Source of the DNA: Candidatus Dormiibacterota bacterium
GTDB taxonomy: Bacteria > Chloroflexota > Dormibacteria > Aeolococcales > Aeolococcaceae
NCBI GenBank assembly: GCA_963743835.1
Contig: CAVUQX010000005.1
Span: 347,959 to 411,958 of the forward strand
Reading direction: 5' to 3'
DNA length: 64,000 nucleotides
Shown here: in pieces, positions 7,985 through 16,911 of the stretch
How the letters are laid out: each line of letters begins with the position of its first letter
Numbering within the stretch: position 1 is the stretch's first letter
Made by a program: the position numbers and the translations under genes
The notes under the pieces: generated by a model
Told to the model about the DNA's origin: nothing
The model's database searches: none
What the model saw: only the letters and a program-made list of their open reading frames with translations

Positions 7985-10406
7985 CGCCGCTCTGCTCGGC
8001 CTGGTGGTCGATCGGATCGAGACCCATGCCCCGGCCGACGGTGCGGCGGACCTGATCCTGGCGGCATTTCAGGGGCCGGGTGCTGTCGATGCCGCACTTC
8101 GCGGCGAGGCCTCTGGGGCGCTGACGCCGGTCGCGCAGAGCGTCGCAGCGCCTGCGGCGGTGTACCTCGCCGCGATCGAGGTGGAAGGCTTCCGTGGCAT
8201 CGGCCCGCCAACCACCCTGCACATCGATCCCGGACCCGGCCTCACCCTCGTGGTCGGACGGAACGGCTCGGGGAAGTCGTCGTTCTCGGAAGCGCTCGAG
8301 ATGGTCCTGCTCGGCAGCAATCAGCGTTGGGAGCAGCGCGTCAAGGTCTGGCGTGACGGATGGCAGAACCTCCATCACCGCCATTCGCGGGTGGCGGCGC
8401 AGTTCGCCGTCGACGGACGCCGGCAGCCGCTCCATGTCGGCCGTGTCTGGAAGGATGGCGATGGTGTCGACGGCTCGACATTGATCGTCGATGGCAAGCC
8501 GGCATCAGCGGCCTCCCTCGGATGGGCGCCGCAACTGGCGGGGTATCCGCCGCTGCTCTCGCACAACGAGCTTGAGCACGCGCTCGATCGCGAGCAGTCG
8601 AAGTTATACGACGCACTCGCCGGCATCCTCGGGCTCGGTGATCTCGCCGCTGCGCAGCAGGTGCTGCAGCGGGCTCGGCTGAGCCGGGAGCACGATGCCA
8701 AGGAAGCTCGCGACGCGCTCCCCGCGCTGCGGGGACTCCTCGACCGAACCTCCGACGAACGTGCGGCGGTGGTTCGCGTCGCCCTGTCATCGAAGACGTG
8801 GGACCTCGACGTTGTCGCGAGCACGGTCGGCGGTGAAGCGCAGAGCGGCGAGCGCAGCGTGTTGCGCAAGCTTCGCGACCTCGCGGGTCTGCCGGTGCTC
8901 GACCGTGAGCGGCTCAACGCCGTGACCACCGAGCTGCGTGAGGCTCATGCTGCGACCGACCGACTGCGCGGTACCGACGCGGGAAGGGCGCACGAGGTGG
9001 CATCGCTGCTCCAGCAGGCGCTCGACGTGCACGCACACGCCGAGGGTGAACGCTGCCCGGTGTGTGGCACTGAGGGTGTGTTGACGTACCAGTGGCGCGT
9101 CCAGGCGCGCGACGAGGTGCTGCGGCTTCGAGCGGATGCGGAGGCGGTGCGCAAAGCGCGTGACATGCTGGGTGACGCGATACGCCAGGCTCGGCAGCTG
9201 GTCACCGCACCGCTCAAAACGCTCCGCGACAGTGCTGGCGCGGGCGTCGACGTTGCGCCGGTGATCGCCCTCTGGGAGCGATGGGCCGACGTTGCTGCCG
9301 ATGATGACGCAATCGCACTGGCCGGCCATCTCGAGACACAAGGCGCGCCGCTCATCGCAGCAGTGGCGGATCTGCGCCGGGCAGCATCGGCGGAGCTCGA
9401 GCGATTGGAGCGAGCCTGGCGACCGGCGGCGGAAGCGATCGCCCTCTGGCTGCCCCTGGGACGGAGGACGCTGGAGGCCGACCGCGAGGCCGGCCGCCTC
9501 CGGGAGGCGGAACGCTGGCTCAAGGATGCGCACGACGAGCTGCGTGATGAGCGGTTCCGTCCGATCGCGGGAGCTGTGCAGGAGAACTGGACCGCACTCC
9601 GTCAGGACAGCAACGTGTCGCTCGGCGATCTGCGCCTGCTCGGCGCGTCGAATCAGCGGCGGCTTGCGCTCGATGTCAAGGTCGACGGCGAGGACGGCTC
9701 GGCGCTTGGCGTCATGAGCCAGGGGGAGCTGAACTGCCTCGCGCTGTCGCTCTTCCTGCCGCGTGCCTCGATGCCGGAGTTGCCCTTTCGTTTTGTCGTG
9801 ATTGACGACCCGGTGCAGGCAATGGATCCTGCCAAGGTTGCGGGGCTCGCCACGGTGCTCGCGCGCGCTGCGAGAGACCGCCAGGTCATCGTGCTCACGC
9901 ACGACACGCGTCTTGCGGACGCCATGAGCGCGCTGGACATCAACGCCACGGTGATCGAGGTGGTGCGGCGCGAGCAGTCGATCGTGGAGCTGCGACGCAT
10001 TCAGGACCCGGTGCAGCGGTATATCGAAGATGCCTTTGCGGTCGCGATGAGCAGGGACGTGCCGGAGGAGGCGCTGCGCGTGATCCCAGGCTTCTGCAGG
10101 CTCGCGCTCGAAGCCGCCGCGTCACTCGCTGCGACGAGGCGACTGCTCCACCATGGCAGGACGTATGCGGACGTCCAGGATGTGCTTGCGCAGCCGACCA
10201 CGCTCAACATGTGGCTCGCGCTGGCGTTGCTGAACGATCCCGAGCGCAGCGGTGACGTCGCAGGGTTCCTGCAGAAGCAGTACCCCTGGGCGGTCGAGGC
10301 CGTCAGGGAATGCAACCGCGGAACGCACAGCGGCAAGCTGTTCGGCGACGCGAAGGAGTTCATTCGCAGCATCGAGCAGCTGACGAAGAGGATCCTCGAC
10401 CGTTGA
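7977..10406 (+). CDS. RloC/PrrC-like ABC ATPase with coiled-coil zinc hook and C-terminal HEPN-like domain (candidate anticodon nuclease / abortive-infection protein)
   Basis: Walker A GRNGSGKSS at ~aa 95; long helical insert with CPVCG (CxxC) at ~aa 360; ABC signature/Walker B/D-loop/H-loop SQGELNCLALSLF...FVVIDDPVQAMD...VLTHD at ~aa 590-640; ~170-aa helical C-terminal tail with Rx6H (VRECNRGTH). Confidence 0.6.
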   Translation: MPDAALLGLVVDRIETHAPADGAADLILAAFQGPGAVDAALRGEASGALTPVAQSVAAPAAVYLAAIEVEGFRGIGPPTTLHIDPGPGLTLVVGRNGSGKSSFSEALEMVLLGSNQRWEQRVKVWRDGWQNLHHRHSRVAAQFAVDGRRQPLHVGRVWKDGDGVDGSTLIVDGKPASAASLGWAPQLAGYPPLLSHNELEHALDREQSKLYDALAGILGLGDLAAAQQVLQRARLSREHDAKEARDALPALRGLLDRTSDERAAVVRVALSSKTWDLDVVASTVGGEAQSGERSVLRKLRDLAGLPVLDRERLNAVTTELREAHAATDRLRGTDAGRAHEVASLLQQALDVHAHAEGERCPVCGTEGVLTYQWRVQARDEVLRLRADAEAVRKARDMLGDAIRQARQLVTAPLKTLRDSAGAGVDVAPVIALWERWADVAADDDAIALAGHLETQGAPLIAAVADLRRAASAELERLERAWRPAAEAIALWLPLGRRTLEADREAGRLREAERWLKDAHDELRDERFRPIAGAVQENWTALRQDSNVSLGDLRLLGASNQRRLALDVKVDGEDGSALGVMSQGELNCLALSLFLPRASMPELPFRFVVIDDPVQAMDPAKVAGLATVLARAARDRQVIVLTHDTRLADAMSALDINATVIEVVRREQSIVELRRIQDPVQRYIEDAFAVAMSRDVPEEALRVIPGFCRLALEAAASLAATRRLLHHGRTYADVQDVLAQPTTLNMWLALALLNDPERSGDVAGFLQKQYPWAVEAVRECNRGTHSGKLFGDAKEFIRSIEQLTKRILDR

Positions 10407-10413
10407 GGTCGGC

Positions 10414-10803
10414 ATGACCACGAGGGTTGATGCGCACGCGCTGGTTTCGGCCGCACGCGACCTCATTCGCGACGACGACGCGGCGACGGCAGGCCTCTGG
10501 CCGCGAGCAGCCGCGTTGCTTGCCCGGCAGGGGCTGGAGCTCGCGATGGAGCGGCTCTGGGAGGTGACGGCCCCTGGCCTGGAGCGAACCTCAACGCGAT
10601 GTCAGCTGCTCTGTGTCGGCGATATGCTCAACGATCGCGAGCTCGGCGGCCGCGCGACGCTGACCTGGCGATCGCTCTCCAACGCGTGCCACCACCGCGT
10701 CTATGAGTTGCCACCGACCGCGAGCGAGCTCAACCTGGCGCTCGAGACCGTGTGGGACCTTGCCGAGTCGGTTGAGCGGCTGCGAGGGAAGATCCAGGGC
10801 TGA
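10414..10803 (+). CDS. standalone HEPN-like protein, paralogous to the C-terminal domain of the upstream ATPase
   Basis: GAGG RBS 6 nt upstream and an 8-nt gap after the ATPase stop; Rx6H motif (WRSLSNACHH); shared LND motif and similar spacing to the ATPase tail (LLCVGDMLNDRELGGRA vs LALALLNDPERSGDVA). Confidence 0.5.
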   Translation: MTTRVDAHALVSAARDLIRDDDAATAGLWPRAAALLARQGLELAMERLWEVTAPGLERTSTRCQLLCVGDMLNDRELGGRATLTWRSLSNACHHRVYELPPTASELNLALETVWDLAESVERLRGKIQG

Positions 10804-10814
10804 GCGCGTGGTTC

Positions 10815-10982
10815 TCAGGTCTTCGGAGCGTCGTTGCGCTGCTCGCCTGAACGCTCGAGGAGTTGTCGCAGGGCAGGAAGCACCACCCGGTCCTTCTCCC
10901 GATTGGCTGCCTCCTTTGCCTGCTCGTCGCGCAAGCGCAGGTCGAATCGCTCGCCATTCTGACCGCGGATCCGGTGTTTCAT
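10815..10982 (-). CDS. possible small ribbon-helix-helix-like protein (convergent with the HEPN gene)
   Basis: MKHRIRGQNGERFDLRLRDEQAKEAANREKDRVVLPALRQLLE resembles a CopG/RHH beta-strand plus helix; short, no further support. Confidence 0.25.
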   Translation of the reverse strand: MKHRIRGQNGERFDLRLRDEQAKEAANREKDRVVLPALRQLLERSGEQRNDAPKT

Positions 10983-11176
10983 CGCTACGACGTCGAGGTC
11001 GTCCCGGCCGGCTGACGTGCCGCCCTGCGAGCTGCGACTGGCACGTGTCGCAAACGCATGCCTCGTTGACAACGCTGCGGCAGCAGTCTCAGCACCCTCA
11101 CAGGGCGCACTGATGAACCTCAAATCACCCGCTGTCACTCTCTAACTTAGCCACCTAAGTAACGAGGAACCCGACC

Positions 11177-11938
11177 ATGGACGACCACAACCCAACCTGC
11201 CCACAAGAGTCCGCACCCGCTCGGGTTCGGCGTTACCTGACCCGCAAAACACGTCGAGGGATCATTGCGTTGACGTTGACGGGTGCCGCGGTGGTACTTG
11301 CCGCCTGCGGCACGGCTGCGGCGACAACCACTCCCTCGTCGGCGGCCGCGGGCAGCAACTCCCCGGCCGGCCCTTTCTCCGGCGGCGGAGGTTCGAACGC
11401 TCGGTCTGGACCGGCCGCAGGCGGATCATCCGGGACCGTCAGTGGCGTATCGGCGTCGAGCTTCACCGTTTCGACCGCAGCGGGTCAGAAGGTGACCGTT
11501 GACGAGGCGTCGTCGACCACCTATGAGAAGAACTCGGCCGCGACGTCGGCAAGTGCCATCACGACGGGAGAAGCGGTCCTGGTCCTGGGGACCACCAGTG
11601 GAACGACCATCGCCGCCACGGAGGTCGTTGTGCAATCGAGTGGCAGTTCAGCGGCTGCCTCTGCGGCTGCACGCGTCGTGCCGTTCCAGCAAGGGGCTGC
11701 CACCACGTCAAAGCAACTCGGTCAAATCCCTGCGGACTACAGCCAGGGGTCGGGGACGATCGTCAGCGGGACGACCGCATACAAGGCGACTGAAGCCGCG
11801 CTTGCGGCGTACCCCGGAGGCATCGTTGACCGTGTCGTGCAGCTGAGCAACGGCGAGTTCGAGGTGCATTACATCGGCGTCAACTGGCCGCATCACGTCT
11901 TCGTCAGCCAGGACTTCACGGTCGTCGGAGCCAACTAG
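11177..11938 (+). CDS. lipoprotein with repeated beta-rich (DUF5666-like) segments
   Basis: Signal peptide plus lipobox (LTGAAVVLAAC), Ser/Thr/Gly-rich linker, repeated G-T-V-S motifs; AT-richer upstream region. Confidence 0.6.
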   Translation: MDDHNPTCPQESAPARVRRYLTRKTRRGIIALTLTGAAVVLAACGTAAATTTPSSAAAGSNSPAGPFSGGGGSNARSGPAAGGSSGTVSGVSASSFTVSTAAGQKVTVDEASSTTYEKNSAATSASAITTGEAVLVLGTTSGTTIAATEVVVQSSGSSAAASAAARVVPFQQGAATTSKQLGQIPADYSQGSGTIVSGTTAYKATEAALAAYPGGIVDRVVQLSNGEFEVHYIGVNWPHHVFVSQDFTVVGAN

Positions 11939-12083
11939 AGACACGAAGGTGCGGAATGTGCTCGCCATTGATCGGGTTGCTCGTGGGCATATCCGCACGC
12001 GAGTAGGTGTACGGCAACCTGGCGCAAAGGGCGCCGTACGTGGCGCATCTCGCCGTCCAACTCAACGTCGTCCGTCTGTTGAT

Positions 12084-13298
12084 TCAGGGTGGCGGCTCGA
12101 CCACGGCAACGCCATCAGCGATATGGATGCGCCAGCCCTGCTCGTGCACTCGGCGGTGGTGGGTCCGGCACAACGAGACCAGATTCCCCAGCTCGGTGGG
12201 ACCGTCCGGCCAGTGGATGATGTGGTGCCCATCCGTCCACGCCGGCGGTCGATCGCACCCGGGAAACCGACAGCCCTGATCGCGCAGGTTGAGCGCGGTG
12301 CGGAGGTGGGCCGGGATGGTGCGCGTCTCCCGTCCGACCGCGAGCGGCAGGACCGGTGGGCGGCTGCCGGTCCACGCCGAACCACCCGCAGCCGGCGGCG
12401 CAACGGCCACCACCGTGAGCGCCGCATCACAGGCGATGCGCCGCGCGGTCTCGGGATGGATCGGTCCCACCCCGCGCAGCTCGGCCGGCCAGCCATCGGC
12501 GTCACCCCGGAGCGTGGCCGCGCTCACCGTGAGGGTGAGATGGGGGCGCTGGCCGTGGACATCGCGGTGGTCCCCGCAGCGCAGCTGGGTGGCGGCCAGC
12601 TCGACGAGCGCGTCGGCACGGCGCTGCGAGCCGGTTCGGGTCTCGTCATGGGTCATTCCCTGACTGAGCGCGTCGATGGCGGTCTTCACCAGCGCGCCCC
12701 CTTCGGCGTCGAGCTCCCCGCGAAGGACGAAGACCCCGCCATAGGTCTGCTCGCACTCGAACCAGCGCCGCTCATGGGCGCGGTTGTCGTCGGCGAGCAC
12801 CCCATCGGGATCGATCCGGAGCCGCGCCACCTGGGTGACGGTGCGCATGTCGCCGGGGTCGAGCGTCTCCGCCGCGCCCACCAGGATGTGCTCCAGCAGC
12901 GCCACCTGCGCCACGCCGACATCATTGGCGAGCTGGGCGATCATGGTCACGTTGCTCAGGGAGGCGCGCCCGGCACGGGCGCTGTCGAGCGTGGCCGGGA
13001 GCTCGCCGAGGGTGCGCGCCAGCCGGACGCGGGACGCGCCCGCCTTCCAGGTCACGGCGCAGTGATCGCGCACCCAGGAGGTGGTGCTGCCCGCCCCATC
13101 GGCCAGCGCGCCGTGGGCGCGATCGAAGCGGTCCAGGCGACGGAGGAACTCGGCCTCGAGGCGATCGGCAGCCCGCCGGATGGCGACCAGGTCGTCGCCC
13201 AGCGCCTGTGTGGAGAAGCCGTCGATGGACTCGCCGACGAGTGCATCGATTGCCTCCGTCAGCCGCTGTCGGGCATCCGGTATGGCGAACGCTTCCAT
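12084..13298 (-). CDS. DUF222 / HNH endonuclease-signature protein (mycobacterial 13E12-repeat family)
   Basis: C-terminal HNH motif GCRFPGCDRP...DGHHIIHWPDGPTELGNLVSLCRTHHRRVHE with an N-terminal DUF222-like helical region; start at MEAFAIPD. Confidence 0.8.
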   Translation of the reverse strand: MEAFAIPDARQRLTEAIDALVGESIDGFSTQALGDDLVAIRRAADRLEAEFLRRLDRFDRAHGALADGAGSTTSWVRDHCAVTWKAGASRVRLARTLGELPATLDSARAGRASLSNVTMIAQLANDVGVAQVALLEHILVGAAETLDPGDMRTVTQVARLRIDPDGVLADDNRAHERRWFECEQTYGGVFVLRGELDAEGGALVKTAIDALSQGMTHDETRTGSQRRADALVELAATQLRCGDHRDVHGQRPHLTLTVSAATLRGDADGWPAELRGVGPIHPETARRIACDAALTVVAVAPPAAGGSAWTGSRPPVLPLAVGRETRTIPAHLRTALNLRDQGCRFPGCDRPPAWTDGHHIIHWPDGPTELGNLVSLCRTHHRRVHEQGWRIHIADGVAVVEPPP

Positions 13299-13505
13299 AC
13301 AGAATATTATACCAAACACCTGTTCGCCACCGCACGGACAATGCGGTGCACTTGACTGGTTACAGCCATAGCTGGCAGTAACCGTTCGAGATCTCCGCGA
13401 CGACCGAGGTCCAACGTCCGGATCCGTTGGCGGGTGCCAACTCGACGAAACCCGGCAACGCCAGGGCCCCTCGACGCATGACGCAGTCAACCCCAGTCTG
13501 AGGGT

Positions 13506-14321
13506 CTATCTGTCGGGTCGATCCACGATCGGTACGAAGATCGCCTCGCGATGGTAGTCAAAGTTCATGAGGTCCAAATGATGCTGGCGCGCCATCAACA
13601 ACTGCTGCCCTTCCGTCGCTCGGTCGCCCGTAACGGACAGGCTTTCGGGCATGATCGTGATCGCCCCGAAATCGAACAGCACATGGTCATTCGGGCAAAG
13701 ACACAGGACGTTGTTCATTGCGTCCTTCCCGTTGTGAGGGCGTCCGAGTGGCCGAATGTGGGCGGCCTCAGCATACGGGGCTATCGGGGTGGGCAAGGAG
13801 ATCCGGCAGATTTGGCACGTGTAGTCATACATGCGCTTGACCTCCCGAGTGACGGCAGTGTCCCGAACGATCCGCTGAATCGTTTGGGCGACGCGCTCGG
13901 GGCGTCCCGGCTCGTCGCGTAGCACCAAGACCGCCGACGCGGGGACCTTGCGCAGTTCGTAGCGCCATCGAATGAAACCGTCGCTCGTATGGCGATCGCG
14001 GAAGTAGCTGTCCACCACGTAAACACCGTCATATCGGAAGCTCCGACCAACCTTACGAATGACCCGGACGGGCACGCCGAAATTACGGCTGCGAATCAGG
14101 CCCGCGTTTCCGAGGATCGGTTTCTGGTCGGCAACCGCTCTGGACGTTCCAGGGTCGAGGCCTCCCTGGCCGGTATAGATGACTACGTCCCCTTGATCGT
14201 CATCCGGATAGACACCGGACAAGACGACCGACGCCGCCGGCTGTCCCGCGGCGAAATCTATGCCAGCTTGGAGAGGCCGATGGATGCCGGCGTCTCGGAG
14301 CCCTCGGCGGCTCGGGAACAT
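13506..14321 (-). CDS. SRA(YDG)-HNH methylation-dependent (type IV) restriction endonuclease
   Basis: SRA-domain motifs GVYPDDDQGDVVIYTGQGG and FRYDGVYVV; C-terminal HNH HIRPLGRPHNGKDAMNNVLCLCPNDH; GC ~53-55% against ~70-75% flanking. Confidence 0.75.
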   Translation of the reverse strand: MFPSRRGLRDAGIHRPLQAGIDFAAGQPAASVVLSGVYPDDDQGDVVIYTGQGGLDPGTSRAVADQKPILGNAGLIRSRNFGVPVRVIRKVGRSFRYDGVYVVDSYFRDRHTSDGFIRWRYELRKVPASAVLVLRDEPGRPERVAQTIQRIVRDTAVTREVKRMYDYTCQICRISLPTPIAPYAEAAHIRPLGRPHNGKDAMNNVLCLCPNDHVLFDFGAITIMPESLSVTGDRATEGQQLLMARQHHLDLMNFDYHREAIFVPIVDRPDR

Positions 14322-14451
14322 TGAGCCGACGGGCACCTCAGGCACTTCTCCGTACCTGATAACGGATGGCGTCACGGTGACCTGATGGTACGTGTCCCGC
14401 CGGCCTCCAATCAGAACTAGACATGGGAGGCACTCGGGCCCGCCCAGGCTC

Positions 14452-14501
14452 TTAGCACTCGCGGCCCCCACCCGCTAGCAGTCAGACCCCCCGAGTGCTA
14501 A
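14452..14501 (+). promoter_or_regulatory. CIRCE-like HrcA operator(s) upstream of groEL, atypical arrangement
   Basis: Perfect half-sites TTAGCACTC (14452-14460) and GAGTGCTAA (14493-14501) are separated by 32 nt rather than 9. The internal degenerate halves (aCCcGCTAg, cTAGCAgTC) could make two overlapping N9 CIRCEs. Confidence 0.55.
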
Positions 14502-14546
14502 ACTAGCCCCTGGAACCAAGGCTAGAGGATCAAACCAGGAGGAACC

Positions 14547-16158
14547 ATGGCCAAGCAATTGCTGTTCGACGTCGAGGCCCGCGCCCATCTCAAACGAGGG
14601 GTTGATCGGGTAGCTGACGCCGTGAAGATCACCATCGGCCCCAAGGGCCGGAACGTCGTGCTGGACAAGAAGTTCGGCTCGCCGACCATCACCAACGACG
14701 GAGTCACGATCGCCAAGGAGATCGAGCTCGAGGAGCCCTTCGAGAACATGGGCGCCCAGCTGGTCAAGGAAGTGGCGAGCAAGACCAACGACATCGCTGG
14801 TGACGGGACCACCACCGCCACCGTCCTCGCCCAGGCGCTCATCGCGGCCGGGTTGCAGAACGTCGCTGCCGGCGCCAACCCGATCCAGCTCAAGAAGGGC
14901 ATCGAGCTCGGCGTTGAGGCGATCGTCAAGGCGATCAAGGAGCAGTCGATCCCGATCTCCGAGCGCGAGAAGATCGCCCAGGTCGCGTCGATCTCCGCTG
15001 CTGACCCCACCATCGGCGAGACCGTCGCCGACGCGATGGAGAAGGTCGGCAAGGACGGCGTCATCACCGTCGAGGAGTCGAAGGGCCTCGAGACCGAGCT
15101 CGAGCTCGTCGAGGGCATGCAGTTCGACAAGGGCTACATCTCCGCGTACATGGTCACCAATGCCCAGCGCATGGAGGCCGTGCTCGAGGATCCCTACATC
15201 CTCATCACCGACAAGAAGATCTCGGCGATCGCGGACCTGCTCCCGATCCTCGAGAAGGTCGTCCAGAGTGGCAAGCCGCTGCTGGTGATCGCCGAGGACG
15301 TCGAGGGAGAGGCGCTGGCCACCCTCATCGTCAACAAGCTGCGCGGCACCTTCAACGCCGTCGCGGTCAAGGCGCCGGGGTTCGGTGATCGTCGCAAGGC
15401 GATGCTCCAGGACATCGCGATCCTGACCGGCGGCCAGGTGATCAGCGAGGAGGTCGGCCTCAAGCTCGACTCCGCGCAACTCAGCTCGCTGGGCCGCGCC
15501 CGCAGCGTGACCATCACCAAGGACGACACCACGATCGTCGAGGGCAACGGCAGCAAGGACGCGATCAAGGGCCGGATCGAGCAGATCAAGGCCGAGATCG
15601 AGAAGTCCACCAGCGACTGGGACAAGGAGAAGCTCCAGGAGCGCCTCGCCAAGCTCAGCGGTGGCGTTGCGGTGATCAAGGTCGGCGCGGCGACCGAGAC
15701 CGAGCTCAAGGAGAAGAAGCACCGCATGGAGGACGCCGTGTCCGCCACGCGCGCCGCAGTCGAGGAGGGCATCGTGCCCGGTGGTGGAGTGGTGCTCGTC
15801 AACGCGATCCCCGCGCTCGACAAGGTGAAGGTCGAGGGCGACGTGCTCACCGGCGTGAACATCCTCCGCCGTGCGCTCGAGGAGCCCCTTCGTCAGATCG
15901 CGCAGAACGCCGGGATGGAAGGCTCCGTGGTCGTTGACAAGGTCAAGTCCCTGCCCAAGGGTCAGGGCTTTCGACGCCGCCAAGGGCGAATACGTGGACA
16001 TGGTCAAGGCCGGGATCATCGACCCGACCAAGGTGACCCGATCGGCGGTTCAGAACGCGGCATCGATCGCCGCGCTGCTGCTCACCACCGAGGCGCTGAT
16101 CACCGACATCCCCGAGAAGAAGGGAGCACCGGCCGGTCCGCCGATGCCGGAGTACTGA
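14547..16158 (+). CDS. groEL: chaperonin GroEL (60 kDa), with an apparent +1 frameshift (extra T near 15969-15971)
   Basis: Canonical GroEL from [12 protein letters not shown] to ...[11 protein letters not shown]; the C-terminus ([45 protein letters not shown]...) continues in frame +1 (ORF 15871..16158). Confidence 0.9.
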
Positions 16159-16183
16159 TCGGCAACTGATCCGATTCCTTGGA

Positions 16184-16222
16184 AAGGGCGGTCCGGGTTT
16201 CCCGGGCCGCTCTTTTCTTTGT
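16184..16222 (+). terminator. rho-independent terminator after groEL
   Basis: GC stem gcggtccggg/TTT/cccgggccgc followed by the tcttttcttt T-tract. Confidence 0.6.
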
Positions 16223-16356
16223 CTGTCGCTGTGGCTGTTCGGTGACGCGGCGATGACTCGATCAACGATCGGCTACAACCTGGCGACACCGGAATCCGAA
16301 TGCTCAGCGGCTGCTTAGATTCGAGCGTCAAATTCCGCGTCTTGAGAGGTAATTCA

Positions 16357-16899
16357 ATGGGCGACGCGCAGCCAGACCACTCCCCGGCCCACGCAGTCGG
16401 ATCCGCATTCCTGCACGTCACCGGGATTGGGAGCCGCATCGCCAAACGAGAGGCCGACGAGGAGCAGCTCGACGCGCTCGACGGCAAGCTGCTCACCGAC
16501 CTCGACCGTGAGTTTCACGAGCGCGGCGAGGAAGCCGTGCCGGATCTCGACCTGACGTCGGTCACGACAGTCGACCCCGCGTTCACGCCGGATGCGTTCC
16601 TGCTGATCGCGAGGGACACGTTTCGCGTTCTGCAGGATTCGCACACCGCCGGCGCCCCCGCCCTCGACGCTGACATCGCATCAGCGGAGGTCACGGCCGC
16701 CGCGGTCGTGTCTGGTCGCGAACGAGTTGTCGTCCGTTTCGGGATCATTGGCGCGACCTCGATCAGCCAGGACTGGACCTTCGAGCGCGATCCGTCGGTC
16801 GATACGAGCGCTGACGATGAGGACCATGAGGTGGCCGACGGCGGATGGCTTGTGGCGCATCGTGGATGGCGTCTGACAGGGATCGCCGCCGCCGCCTGA
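16357..16899 (+). CDS. hypothetical protein (possibly Tim44-like/NTF2-fold)
   Basis: ORF with an acidic N-terminal half; no recognisable catalytic motifs. Confidence 0.4.
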   Translation: MGDAQPDHSPAHAVGSAFLHVTGIGSRIAKREADEEQLDALDGKLLTDLDREFHERGEEAVPDLDLTSVTTVDPAFTPDAFLLIARDTFRVLQDSHTAGAPALDADIASAEVTAAAVVSGRERVVVRFGIIGATSISQDWTFERDPSVDTSADDEDHEVADGGWLVAHRGWRLTGIAAAA

Positions 16900-16911
16900 G
16901 CGCACGTCGGG

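Larger units (their letters stand above)
7532..14321. other. putative horizontally acquired defence islet between the HD gene and groEL
   Basis: A cluster of nuclease/ATPase defence-type genes, AT-richer intergenic tracts, and a strongly low-GC SRA-HNH gene. Confidence 0.5.

Noticed and set aside
11949-13355. 468-aa plus-strand ORF opposite the DUF222-HNH gene
   Set aside because: Antisense to a gene with a clear HNH motif; low-complexity translation.
14475-16031. 518-aa minus-strand ORF across groEL
   Set aside because: Antisense of groEL, which is unambiguous.
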